Position numbers and translations under genes: made by a program. The notes below the pieces were generated by a model, which worked only from the letters and a program-made list of their open reading frames with translations, did not search any database and was not told the origin of the DNA. From Oscillospiraceae bacterium (GTDB lineage Bacteria > Bacteroidota > Bacteroidia > Bacteroidales > Bacteroidaceae), in the NCBI GenBank assembly GCA_963639385.1, contig CAVHVH010000001.1, positions 1 through 46,113 on the forward strand: a stretch of DNA of 46,113 nucleotides, written 5' to 3'. Below are positions 1 to 9,574 of the stretch, piece after piece (position 1 is the stretch's first letter; each line of letters opens with the position of its first letter).

Positions 1-1563
1 CAAGAAGGCGAGCCTACACAGAGCGTAGGTAATCAGGAAGAAATCAAAAAACTGTTCCCACACACCTATGGTATGCCTCTCGTTGAGTTCGTTCCCGGCG
101 AAGAGACAAAGAGCCAGAAAATCAATGTAGGTGTAATTCTTTCTGGCGGACAGGCTCCCGGCGGACACAATGTTATCAGCGGTATTTTTGACGCCGTAAA
201 GAAACTAAACCCCGAGAACAAGCTCTACGGATTCCTTATGGGACCTGGTGGCTTGGTAGACCACAACTACAAGGAGCTTACCGCCGACATCATAGACAAC
301 TATCGCAACACCGGCGGTTTCGACATGATAGGTTCTGGCCGTACTAAACTGGAGAAGGAAGACCAGTTTGAAAAAGGTCTTGAGGTAATACGCCAGCTGG
401 GCATCAACGCCATCGTAATTATCGGTGGCGATGACTCTAATACCAACGCTTGTGTACTGGCCGAATACTATGCAGCCAAGAACTACGGCGTACAGGTTAT
501 AGGAGCGCCTAAGACTATTGACGGTGACCTAAAGAACAGTCAGATAGAGACTTCATTCGGCTTTGACACTGCAACCAAGACATATGCTGAGGTTATAGGT
601 AATATAGAGCGCGATGCCAATTCGGCTCGCAAATACTGGCACTTCATCAAGTTGATGGGGCGCTCGGCTTCTCACATAGCCTTGGAATGTGCCCTTCAGA
701 CACAACCCAACATCTGTCTTATATCAGAAGAGATAGAGCAGAAAGACATGACCCTGAACCAAATAGTTGAGGGCATAGCACAGTCTGTTGCCGACCGCGC
801 TGCCGCAGGTAATAACTTCGGAGTAGTACTTATTCCTGAAGGACTTATTGAGTTTATCCCCTCTATCGGCCGTCTTATCGATGAGCTTAACGATCTGCTC
901 GCTGCCCATGGAGAAGAATACAAAAACCTTGAAGCCGACGAGCAGAAGAAATACATTCTTGCACACCTCTCTGCAGAGAACGCAGAAACATTCAAAACCC
1001 TGCCTGGCGACGTGGCACGTCAGCTCTCACTCGACCGCGACCCCCACGGCAACGTACAGGTATCGCTCATCGAGACCGAAAAGCTTATCTCTGATATGGT
1101 AGCCGACAAGCTGGCCGAATGGAAAGCTGAAGGCAAATTTGTTGGCAAGTTCGCCGCCCTACACCACTTCTTCGGTTACGAAGGCCGTTGCGCAGCTCCA
1201 TCAAACTTCGATGCAGACTACTGCTACGCTCTTGGTGTTAGCGCCGTACAACTCATAGCCAACGGCAAGACCGGCTATATGGCCATAGTAAAGAACACTA
1301 CCGCCCCCACCGACGAATGGAAAGCTGGAGGTGTGCCAATCACCATGATGATGAATATGGAACGCCGCAACGGAGAGATGAAGCCCGTTATCCGCAAAGC
1401 TCTTGTAGAACTCGATGGTGCTCCATTCAAGAAGTTCGCCGAGAAACGTGACCAGTGGGCAAAGGAAACTTGCTATGTATATCCAGGTCCTATCCAGTAC
1501 TGGGGTCCCGCATCTGTATGCGACCGCACCACCCGTACACTGGCTCTTGAGCAAGGCAAATAA
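1..1563 (+). CDS. pfp: Diphosphate--fructose-6-phosphate 1-phosphotransferase (PPi-dependent PFK), 5' end outside window
   Basis: Frame open from base 1 ([26 protein letters not shown]); motifs [33 protein letters not shown] of long PPi-PFKs. Confidence 0.95.
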   Translation, partial: QEGEPTQSVGNQEEIKKLFPHTYGMPLVEFVPGEETKSQKINVGVILSGGQAPGGHNVISGIFDAVKKLNPENKLYGFLMGPGGLVDHNYKELTADIIDNYRNTGGFDMIGSGRTKLEKEDQFEKGLEVIRQLGINAIVIIGGDDSNTNACVLAEYYAAKNYGVQVIGAPKTIDGDLKNSQIETSFGFDTATKTYAEVIGNIERDANSARKYWHFIKLMGRSASHIALECALQTQPNICLISEEIEQKDMTLNQIVEGIAQSVADRAAAGNNFGVVLIPEGLIEFIPSIGRLIDELNDLLAAHGEEYKNLEADEQKKYILAHLSAENAETFKTLPGDVARQLSLDRDPHGNVQVSLIETEKLISDMVADKLAEWKAEGKFVGKFAALHHFFGYEGRCAAPSNFDADYCYALGVSAVQLIANGKTGYMAIVKNTTAPTDEWKAGGVPITMMMNMERRNGEMKPVIRKALVELDGAPFKKFAEKRDQWAKETCYVYPGPIQYWGPASVCDRTTRTLALEQGK

Positions 1564-1578
1564 ACATTAGATACTTAT

Positions 1579-1646
1579 GCATCGGATTATTCTGTACCAC
1601 CTTTACCAAAAGAGTGGACACCCTAAGAATAATCCGATGCTTTTTT
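1579..1646 (+). terminator. Rho-independent terminator after pfp
   Basis: Perfect 15-bp arms GCATCGGATTATTCT (1579-1593) / AGAATAATCCGATGC (1626-1640) followed by TTTTTT. Confidence 0.8.
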
Positions 1647-1675
1647 AACCTATAGCGCAGTCTGCAGCCCCCCTT

Positions 1676-2548
1676 ATGGAGAAAAATAAAATAAAACGCA
1701 GAACCACAACCAATACACAACACCACCGCAGCTATAAGCATAGCGGCACACGGCACAGTACTGCCAAACGGCGTATGCGTATGCCACGGTGGACATTTTG
1801 GTTAGGCGGAATGGCTGTAGCCATAATCTACTGCTGGGCATTCTACCACTTCTTTGTGGGCCCAACCGGATTCAGATGGCGTGCACTGTACGGCGATTCT
1901 AAATACCCCGAAGGATTTGAAATACACGGCATCGATATTTCTCACTACCAAGGCAATATAGACTGGGACGAATTGCAACACGGCATGATTTCAGGATGCC
2001 CTCTAAGATTTGTAATCATCAAGTCTACCGAAGGTGCAAGCCGCATGGACGAGAACTTTAACGAGAACTTCAGCAATGCACTCGAATACGGATTCATACG
2101 TGGTGCATATCACTTCTGGAGCAACAAATCGTCTGCCAGACAGCAAGCTTATTACTTTCTTGAAAAAGTACACCTGGAAGAAGGAGATCTGCCGCCAGTA
2201 CTCGACATAGAACACGCACCTAAAGACAAGCCTATAAAAGACTTCCAGCGCGACATTCTTACATGGTTGCACATAGTAGAAGACCGCTACCATGTAAAGC
2301 CTATTCTCTATACCTACTATAAATTCAAGGAAACATACCTAAGCGCCCCCGTCTTTGATGACTATCCCTACTGGATAGCCCACTACTATGTACCAAAGAT
2401 AGAATACAAGGGAGCATGGAAATTTTGGCAACATACCGATGCCGGGCGACTGCCAGGCATCAAAGGTCCCGTAGACTTCAATATCTACAATGGGTCGTAT
2501 TACGACTTGAAGAAACTTACCATTGGAAGCCATGAGGACACTTACTAA
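1676..2548 (+). CDS. Glycoside hydrolase family 25 (lysozyme/muramidase) with N-terminal membrane anchor
   Basis: GIDISHYQG, IIKSTEG, GAYHF, LPPVLDIE, WIAHY, WKFWQHT, VDFN motifs; basic N-terminus plus TM segment. Confidence 0.92.
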   Translation: MEKNKIKRRTTTNTQHHRSYKHSGTRHSTAKRRMRMPRWTFWLGGMAVAIIYCWAFYHFFVGPTGFRWRALYGDSKYPEGFEIHGIDISHYQGNIDWDELQHGMISGCPLRFVIIKSTEGASRMDENFNENFSNALEYGFIRGAYHFWSNKSSARQQAYYFLEKVHLEEGDLPPVLDIEHAPKDKPIKDFQRDILTWLHIVEDRYHVKPILYTYYKFKETYLSAPVFDDYPYWIAHYYVPKIEYKGAWKFWQHTDAGRLPGIKGPVDFNIYNGSYYDLKKLTIGSHEDTY

Positions 2549-2646
2549 CGCCCCTATATAATATAGGTATTAACTGCCCAACATTGCAAAACCGACAACA
2601 AAAAATGATAAAAACACAGCAAATAGTCATTTTTTTCGCTGAAAAA

Positions 2647-2677
2647 TTTGCAGCGTCATGAATTATAGCTATATTTG
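2647..2677 (+). promoter_or_regulatory. Bacteroidetes sigma-A promoter of the trp operon
   Basis: TTTG (2647-2650), 19-nt spacer, TATATTTG (2670-2677); matches the -33/-7 consensus TTTG..TAnnTTTG. Confidence 0.8.
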
Positions 2678-2697
2678 CAACCATAAAAAAACAATTA

Positions 2698-2757
2698 ATG
2701 ACAAATATGATATCTATAGCATGGTGGTGGCGTAACTCAAGATTAAAACAGTCGTGA
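2698..2757 (+). CDS. trpL: trp operon leader peptide MTNMISIAWWWRNSRLKQS (19 aa)
   Basis: Three tandem TGG codons (2722-2730) between the promoter and the attenuator hairpin; not in ORF track. Confidence 0.88.
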   Translation: MTNMISIAWWWRNSRLKQS

Positions 2758-2791
2758 GTAGCTAAGCCATATGGATATTGCAAGAGATACC

Positions 2792-2828
2792 AAAGAGGCC
2801 TGCCGTAACTTACGACAGGCCTCTTTAC
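2792..2828 (+). terminator. trp attenuator terminator hairpin
   Basis: AAAGAGGCCTG-c-CGTAA-c-TTACG-a-CAGGCCTCTTT; competing pairing GTCGTGAGT (2751-2759) with ACTTACGAC (2808-2816). Confidence 0.8.
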
Positions 2829-2858
2829 ATTGAAAAACAAACCAAAAATATAAAGACT

Positions 2859-3863
2859 ATGGAGATGAAAGACTATTTGACGCGAGTTCTCCGCCAAGAA
2901 AGACTAAGCCGAGAAGAAACAAAAGAAATACTGTTGGGCATTACCCGCGATGCCTATCCTGCTGAGCAGATTACAGCCTTGCTCACCGCTATACAAATGC
3001 GCGGAGTAACAGTTGACGAACTATTAGGCTTCCGCGACGGTATACTGGAAACCGGTGTAAAGGCACCATTAGACTGCGAACGGTATATAGACGTAGTGGG
3101 AACGGGAGGCGACCGCAAGAACACATTCAACATCTCTACCACATCATGCTTCGTTATCGCTGGCGCCGGATACAAAGTGGCCAAGCACGGCAACTATGCA
3201 GCTACCAGCGTAAGTGGAGCCTCTAACGTGATAGCTATGCACGGCGTACACTTTACCAGCGACATGGATATTCTTAACCGCTCTATTCAAGAAGCCGGTA
3301 TAGTTTATTTACACGCACAGTTATTTGCTAAAGCCATGAAGCATGTGGCACCCATACGCAAGGCTCTGCAGTTTCCCACAGTATTCAACCTGTTAGGCCC
3401 ATTAGTAAACCCATCGCATCCTAAGGCACAACTCCTGGGAGTGGCTAACCTCGACCAAATGCGCCTCTACTCACAGGTATACCAACGGTTGGGCATAGAC
3501 TACGGCATTATTAACAGTACCGACGGGTACGATGAGATATCGCTCACTGGCGATTTCAAGGTATCAACCAACCAGTACGAACGCATATTCTCGCCAGCCG
3601 ACCTGGGTATGCAACCGGCACATCCAGAAGAGTTACAGGCCGGAGCCACAGAAGAAGAAGCCGCTGCCATATTCGATAGCGTACTCAACAACACCTGTCT
3701 GCCCGCCCAAAAGAACATAGTAGTAGCCAACGCAGCCTTCGGCATACAGGTAATGGAGCATGGCGAGAAACCACTTGACGAGTGTATCGCTATGGCCCGC
3801 GAAAGTATAGACAGCGGTGCAGCCCTTCGCACCTTCCGCCGCTTTGTAGAAATCAATTCATAG
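2859..3863 (+). CDS. trpD: Anthranilate phosphoribosyltransferase
   Basis: DVVGTGGD, NIST, KVAKHGN, FNLLGPL, DGYDE; start moved to ATG 2859 (or 2865), downstream of the attenuator. Confidence 0.96.
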   Translation: MEMKDYLTRVLRQERLSREETKEILLGITRDAYPAEQITALLTAIQMRGVTVDELLGFRDGILETGVKAPLDCERYIDVVGTGGDRKNTFNISTTSCFVIAGAGYKVAKHGNYAATSVSGASNVIAMHGVHFTSDMDILNRSIQEAGIVYLHAQLFAKAMKHVAPIRKALQFPTVFNLLGPLVNPSHPKAQLLGVANLDQMRLYSQVYQRLGIDYGIINSTDGYDEISLTGDFKVSTNQYERIFSPADLGMQPAHPEELQAGATEEEAAAIFDSVLNNTCLPAQKNIVVANAAFGIQVMEHGEKPLDECIAMARESIDSGAALRTFRRFVEINS

Positions 3864-3869
3864 TTAGCC

Positions 3870-4706
3870 ATGGCAGACATCCTTGAAGAAATAGTGGCCT
3901 ACAAACGGCAAGAGATAGAGCAGTTCTACCAGATATTACCCATTGCCAATCTGGCCTCGCTTACAGAGAAGATGCTTCACATAGCTGTACCATCGATGCG
4001 CAAGGCACTCACAACATCGCCCACAGGCATTATTGCTGAATTCAAACGACGTTCACCATCGCGCGGCTGGATACACCGTGATGCACAAGTAAGCAATATC
4101 GCACCTGCTTACGAACACGGCGGAGCCTCTGCCATAAGCATACTTACAGACCGCCAATACTTCGGCGGATACGACGAATATATCCAGCAAGCCCGATTCG
4201 TTGGCGTTACACTGCCTATACTCTATAAGAACTTTATCGTAGACGAATACCAAATTTTCCAAGCCCGGTACTGTGGAGCCTCGGCTGTATTGCTCATCGC
4301 CTCTGTTCTTACCATAGACGAATGCCGCCGACTAACAACACTGGCCCACAACCTTGGTATGGAAGTATTGCTTGAGATGCATACAGAAAACGAGTTGGCT
4401 TATGCCGAAACAGAACCAGATATGTATGGTATCAACAATCGCCATCTTGGCACATTTACCACCGATGTACAAACAAGCTTTAACTTAGCCGACAAGCTAC
4501 CCGAGAACGCATGTTGGGTAAGCGAAAGCGGTATCTCATCAACTGAAACAATCACCCGTCTGCGCCAACAGGGATTCCGGGGATTTCTAATCGGCGAGAC
4601 CTTTATGCGAGAACCCGATCCAGGCAAAGCTCTATCTAACATGATAAGCAAACTAAACACAACCGGGGACGCATGCCCATACACAGCAACGACCACCCAA
4701 ATATAA
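3870..4706 (+). CDS. trpC: Indole-3-glycerol phosphate synthase
   Basis: IIAEFKRRSPSRG, ISILTD, GINNR, SESGI, FLIGE. Confidence 0.95.
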   Translation: MADILEEIVAYKRQEIEQFYQILPIANLASLTEKMLHIAVPSMRKALTTSPTGIIAEFKRRSPSRGWIHRDAQVSNIAPAYEHGGASAISILTDRQYFGGYDEYIQQARFVGVTLPILYKNFIVDEYQIFQARYCGASAVLLIASVLTIDECRRLTTLAHNLGMEVLLEMHTENELAYAETEPDMYGINNRHLGTFTTDVQTSFNLADKLPENACWVSESGISSTETITRLRQQGFRGFLIGETFMREPDPGKALSNMISKLNTTGDACPYTATTTQI

Positions 4707-4712
4707 CTGACT

Positions 4713-5438
4713 ATGATTATTAAAGTATGCGGCATGACCAATGCCGAGAACATATCAGCTGTAGAACAACTGGGAGCCGACATCATAGGAATGGTGTTCT
4801 ATCCCAAATCGCCACGCTATGTAAAAATGGTTAGTTCGCGTGCAGGCAATATTCCAGACTATAGCCACGAACAACTCAACAAGCTTAGAAACAGTATGGA
4901 GCAAGGCACACCTGCACGGCAAGATAGCACATCCAAGCACGCCATGAGGGCGGGTGTATTTGTTGACGACATGCCCCAAAACATAGTTACACGCATATAT
5001 AACTATAATTTGGACTATATACAACTACATGGTAACGAATCGCGCATTGCCTGCGAAAATATAAGACGCACCATAGACCCAGACATACATAAGGATATAC
5101 GCATAATCAAAGCCATATCGGTAGCCGATGCCGCAGATATTGACCGTTGGCACCAGTATGATGGTGTTGTAGACATGTTACTCTTTGATACACGCTGCCA
5201 GACTGTAGGTGGTAGCGGCAATAATTTCGACTGGACACTTTTAGAACGCTATGACGGCAACATTCCCTTTCTGCTCAGTGGCGGAATAGGTCCTGGAGAC
5301 GAAGAACGCATACAGGCATTCCAACATCCACAGTTTGCCGGCATCGACTTAAACAGCAGGTTTGAAACCGAACCGGGTATAAAAGACATAACGCTACTTG
5401 GCAATTTTATCAACAACATACGCCATGAACAAGATTAA
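4713..5438 (+). CDS. trpF: Phosphoribosylanthranilate isomerase
   Basis: IKVCGMT, SPRYV, QLHGNE, GGSG..FDW, LSGGI, DLNSRFE..PGIKD. Confidence 0.95.
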   Translation: MIIKVCGMTNAENISAVEQLGADIIGMVFYPKSPRYVKMVSSRAGNIPDYSHEQLNKLRNSMEQGTPARQDSTSKHAMRAGVFVDDMPQNIVTRIYNYNLDYIQLHGNESRIACENIRRTIDPDIHKDIRIIKAISVADAADIDRWHQYDGVVDMLLFDTRCQTVGGSGNNFDWTLLERYDGNIPFLLSGGIGPGDEERIQAFQHPQFAGIDLNSRFETEPGIKDITLLGNFINNIRHEQD

Positions 5439-6201
5439 CACACTTTTCAAAAGTAACACAGGTCGCAAGCTCCGCTCGCTCTACTTCTGCGCCGGAGCCC
5501 CAAAGGCCGACATGGTACCACAAGTGCTGCTCACTCTGCAGCGCCGAGGCATAGACATGATTGAAGTAGGTATCCCGTTCAGCGACCCTTTGGCCGATGG
5601 TCCTGTAATACAGGCCGCAGGAACCATAGCTCTACGCAACGGCATTACGCTGAAACGAATATTCGAACAAATAGAAAGCGTAAAGAGCAACATGCATATT
5701 CCACTGATACTGATGGGCTATCTAAATGTAGTGATGCACTACGGATTTGAAGCGTTCTTCAGCCAGTGCGCCGCCACAGGGGTATCGGGATGTATCATAC
5801 CCGATCTGCCATTCGACGACTATCTCTCAACGGTAAAACCCATTGCCGACAGGTACGACATACGCGTAATCATGATGATTACACCCGAAACATCTACAGA
5901 GCGTATACGCCTAATAGATAGCCATACCGATGGGTTCATTTATATGGTATCGAGCGCTGGAATTACTGGAGCGCAACAGGCTTTCGATGAAAAAAAGACG
6001 GAATATTTCAAGCGTATCGATGCTATGAATCTGCACAACCCACGCATGATAGGATTCGGCATTTCCAACCGGCAGACCCTGGAAAGTGCACAAGCCTATG
6101 CAGCAGGAACCATTATCGGCAGCAAGTTTGTAAGTCTGCTCAACGAAACCATGGATGCCGACAAAGCCATGGACCAACTTAACAAAGCATTAGCCATATG
6201 A
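5425..6201 (+). CDS. trpA: Tryptophan synthase alpha subunit
   Basis: EVGIPFSDPLADGPVIQ, LMGYLN, IIPDLP, GFGIS, IIGS; ATG 5425 (MNKIN) overlaps the trpF end. Confidence 0.96.
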   Translation: MNKINTLFKSNTGRKLRSLYFCAGAPKADMVPQVLLTLQRRGIDMIEVGIPFSDPLADGPVIQAAGTIALRNGITLKRIFEQIESVKSNMHIPLILMGYLNVVMHYGFEAFFSQCAATGVSGCIIPDLPFDDYLSTVKPIADRYDIRVIMMITPETSTERIRLIDSHTDGFIYMVSSAGITGAQQAFDEKKTEYFKRIDAMNLHNPRMIGFGISNRQTLESAQAYAAGTIIGSKFVSLLNETMDADKAMDQLNKALAI

Positions 6202-7400
6202 AATACACAGTAGATAAAAACGGATTCTTCGGCCACTTCGGTGGGGCATACGTTCCAGAGATATTATATAAATGTGTACACGACTTACAAGAAGCCTATC
6301 AACACATACTGGACAGCGACGACTTCAAACGCGAATATATACAACTCTTGCGCGACTATGTAGGCCGTCCTTCGCCCCTCTATTACGCCACCCGAATGAG
6401 CCAACGCTACAGATGCCACCTCTATCTCAAGCGCGAAGATCTGAACCATACGGGAGCACACAAGATAAACAACACCATAGGACAAATACTGCTGGCCCGA
6501 CATATGGGAAAGACACGCATAATAGCCGAAACTGGAGCTGGACAACACGGTGTTGCCACAGCCACAGTATGCGCTCTAATGGATATGCAGTGCGAAATAT
6601 TCATGGGAAAAACCGATGTTGAACGCCAGCACACCAATGTTGAACGCATGCGCATGCTGGGGGCTACAGTACACCCTGTAACCACGGGCAACATGACACT
6701 GAGCGACGCTTGCAGCGAGGCCATACGCGATTGGTGCAGTCATCCCATAGACACCTATTACCTGGTAGGCTCTACTATGGGGCCTCATCCCTACCCTGAC
6801 ATTGTGGCCAAGATGCAGAGCGTAATCTCGGAAGAAATTAAATGGCAACTCGCCGAAAAAACAGGTCGCGACTTCCCTGACTATTTGATAGCCTGTGTGG
6901 GCGGAGGAAGCAATGCCGCCGGAACTATATACCACTATATCGACGACAACCGTGTAAAGATAGTTCTCGCAGAAGCTGGCGGACATGGGGTGGATACCGA
7001 CTATACAGCAGCAACCATACAGACCGGCACAGAAGGCATCATTCACGGAGCCCGCACATTGGTAATGCAGACCGATGATGGCCAGATAAAGGAAGCTTTC
7101 ACCATTAGTGCTGGACTTGACTATCCTGGTATAGGTCCAATGCATGCCGACTTGGCCGAACGGGGTCGTGAACAGGTGATAGCCATTAACGATGACGAGG
7201 CTATCAAAGCTGGATACGAGCTAACCCGCACCGAGGGTATCATACCCGCCATAGAGAGTGCCCATGCTGTGGCCGCACTCAGCCATATTACCTTTAAACC
7301 AAACGATGTAGTTGTACTCACCATTTCGGGGCGTGGTGACAAAGATGTTGAAACCTATCTCGCCCACAAAGACATGGCTGGCGAGTACGGCAATTTCTAA
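6198..7400 (+). CDS. trpB: Tryptophan synthase beta subunit
   Basis: KREDLNHTGAHKINN, AETGAGQHG, GGGSNA, SAGLDYPGIGP, SGRGDKD; ATGA overlap with trpA. Confidence 0.97.
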   Translation: MKYTVDKNGFFGHFGGAYVPEILYKCVHDLQEAYQHILDSDDFKREYIQLLRDYVGRPSPLYYATRMSQRYRCHLYLKREDLNHTGAHKINNTIGQILLARHMGKTRIIAETGAGQHGVATATVCALMDMQCEIFMGKTDVERQHTNVERMRMLGATVHPVTTGNMTLSDACSEAIRDWCSHPIDTYYLVGSTMGPHPYPDIVAKMQSVISEEIKWQLAEKTGRDFPDYLIACVGGGSNAAGTIYHYIDDNRVKIVLAEAGGHGVDTDYTAATIQTGTEGIIHGARTLVMQTDDGQIKEAFTISAGLDYPGIGPMHADLAERGREQVIAINDDEAIKAGYELTRTEGIIPAIESAHAVAALSHITFKPNDVVVLTISGRGDKDVETYLAHKDMAGEYGNF

Positions 7401-7421
7401 CCCTCTATTCTTCATGCCAAT

Positions 7422-8858
7422 ATGAAACATTACAATTATCAAGTAACAACACGCACTATTCTGGCCGACCTGTATACCCCCGTTGGAGTATATCTTAGTC
7501 TGCGTAGCCTCTACCCAAAGTCGGCACTTATGGAAAGTAGTGACTATCATAGCCACGATACAGCACGCTCATTCATAGCCATCAGTCCCTTGGCTTCGTT
7601 TGCCGTATCACACGGAGTGGCTATCACATCCATGCCCGACGGTAGCGAGCAACGCCAAAAACTTGACCTTGTACACAAAGGCCGAGCCAAAGAACAAGTG
7701 GCACAGGCCTTGAGCAATTTTCTTGGTGCTTTCCATGTCTCTGGCGAAGGCAACGAATACTGTGGAGTATACGGATACACGTCTTTCAATGCAGTACGTT
7801 ATTTTGAAAACATTGACGTAGCCGATGACACCCAACCCACCAACGATGCGCCAGACATGCTCTATGTAATGTACAGAGACCTGATAGTTTTTGACCATTA
7901 TTCCAACCGCATACGTCTGCTCACGCTTACTGAAGGCGAAGACACAGATATAGGCAACCGGGTTCTTGACAACATTGAGCAACGGCTACGTCAACCAGGC
8001 CAGTGTTACGAATTCCATACCGACGGCACTGTATACAGCACGCTAACTGATGAAGAGCACCGTGCCAACATACGCCACTGCGTAGCCCACTGTATGCGCG
8101 GCGACGTATTCCAGATAGTTGTATCACGCCGGTTCTGCCAACGCTATACGGGCGACGACTTCAAGCTTTACCGTGCATTGCGCAGCATCAATCCTTCACC
8201 ATACCTGTTTTATTTTGACTTTGGAGGATACAGAATCTTTGGTTCCAGTCCTGAAACCCATTGCCGTATAACGGGCAACAAAGCTTTTATCGATCCTATT
8301 GCCGGAACTACACGACGCACAGGAGACCCACTACAAGACAGAAAGAACGCTGAATTTCTGCGCAACGATGCCAAGGAAAACGCTGAGCATGTAATGCTGG
8401 TAGACCTGGCACGCAACGACCTAAGCCGCCACTGCAATGACGTAAAGGTAGACTTCTATAAGGATATGCAGTTCTACAGCCACGTCATCCATTTGGTAAG
8501 TCGCGTTAGCGGAAAACTGATACAACCCGATTCGCCAACTGAAAAAATACGTACTTTTTTCGACACTTTCCCAGCCGGAACACTCTCTGGCGCGCCCAAG
8601 GTAAGAGCCATGCAGATTATCAGCCAACTTGAGCCTCACAACCGTGGAGCCTACGGTGGGTGCATAGGTTTTATAGGACTCAATGGTGATCTGAACCAAG
8701 CCATAGTAATACGCACTTTTGTAAGTCGCAACAACGAACTGTGGTTCCAGGCTGGAAGTGGCGTGGTGGCCAAGAGCAACGATGAATACGAACTGCAGGA
8801 ATGTAATAACAAACTGGGTGCGCTTACACGTGCCATTAACGAAGCCGAATCATTATGA
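7422..8858 (+). CDS. trpE: Anthranilate synthase component I
   Basis: FQIVVS, NPSPY, GSSPE, PIAGT, KENAEHVMLVDLARNDL, AGTLSGAPK, YGGCIG. Confidence 0.96.
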   Translation: MKHYNYQVTTRTILADLYTPVGVYLSLRSLYPKSALMESSDYHSHDTARSFIAISPLASFAVSHGVAITSMPDGSEQRQKLDLVHKGRAKEQVAQALSNFLGAFHVSGEGNEYCGVYGYTSFNAVRYFENIDVADDTQPTNDAPDMLYVMYRDLIVFDHYSNRIRLLTLTEGEDTDIGNRVLDNIEQRLRQPGQCYEFHTDGTVYSTLTDEEHRANIRHCVAHCMRGDVFQIVVSRRFCQRYTGDDFKLYRALRSINPSPYLFYFDFGGYRIFGSSPETHCRITGNKAFIDPIAGTTRRTGDPLQDRKNAEFLRNDAKENAEHVMLVDLARNDLSRHCNDVKVDFYKDMQFYSHVIHLVSRVSGKLIQPDSPTEKIRTFFDTFPAGTLSGAPKVRAMQIISQLEPHNRGAYGGCIGFIGLNGDLNQAIVIRTFVSRNNELWFQAGSGVVAKSNDEYELQECNNKLGALTRAINEAESL

Positions 8859-9463
8859 AACATGACAACACACAGAACACTCGCCCCGTGCGAGTGGTTG
8901 TAATAGACAACTACGATTCATTCACCTACAATTTGGTACATTTGGTACGCAAACTTGGCAGTGATGTAACAGTATTCCGCAACGACCAATTCAACCTTGA
9001 AGACCTCAATGATTTCGACAAAATTCTGCTTTCACCCGGCCCCGGCATCCCCTCAGAGGCCGGACTTCTTACCGATGTTATACGCATGTATGCCGCCACT
9101 AAACCAATATTGGGTGTATGCCTTGGTCACCAAGCCATAGGCGAAGTATTCGGAGGTAGCCTTACCAACCTGTCTGAAGTTTTTCACGGAGTGGCCACTG
9201 AAGGAACTAACTTGCAGAACGACTATATATTCGGTGGACTGCCCAAGCGCATCACTATGGGACGTTACCACTCGTGGGTAGTAGACCGAGATTCGTTGCC
9301 CCCATGTTTGGAGGTAACGGCAGAAAGCGACGAGGGCTACATCATGGCTCTGCGCCATAGAGAATACGATGTTCACGGCATACAGTTTCATCCAGAAAGT
9401 GTACTTACAGCAATGGGCGAAACCATAGTAGCCAATTGGCTAAAAGGAGCAGAACAATCTTGA
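8855..9463 (+). CDS. trpG: Anthranilate synthase component II (glutamine amidotransferase)
   Basis: IDNYDSFTYNL, SPGPG, GVCLGHQ, RYHS, QFHPES; ATGA overlap with trpE. Confidence 0.96.
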   Translation: MKHDNTQNTRPVRVVVIDNYDSFTYNLVHLVRKLGSDVTVFRNDQFNLEDLNDFDKILLSPGPGIPSEAGLLTDVIRMYAATKPILGVCLGHQAIGEVFGGSLTNLSEVFHGVATEGTNLQNDYIFGGLPKRITMGRYHSWVVDRDSLPPCLEVTAESDEGYIMALRHREYDVHGIQFHPESVLTAMGETIVANWLKGAEQS

Positions 9464-9505
9464 CCACAGTTATACCCAAAAAGACTAATATATATAAGGT
9501 GCTTC

Positions 9506-9549
9506 TACATAAAAATCCGCATAGAAATATCTATGCGGATTTTTATGTA
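9506..9549. terminator. Bidirectional terminator between trpG and the convergent GHL10 gene
   Basis: 20-bp perfect inverted repeat TACATAAAAATCCGCATAGA / TCTATGCGGATTTTTATGTA. Confidence 0.85.
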
Positions 9550-9574
9550 TGCAGTATTTTTACAGGAATTATCC

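Noticed and set aside
1593..1622. IS3-like terminal repeat inside the pfp terminator loop
   Set aside because: Only a vague resemblance (CCAAAAGAGTGGACA), single copy, no transposase
1676..2548. Prophage endolysin
   Set aside because: Membrane-anchored GH25 in housekeeping context with no phage genes
2778..2858. Longer trpD start from the ORF track
   Set aside because: Non-ATG start running through the attenuator hairpin; homology begins at ATG 2859/2865
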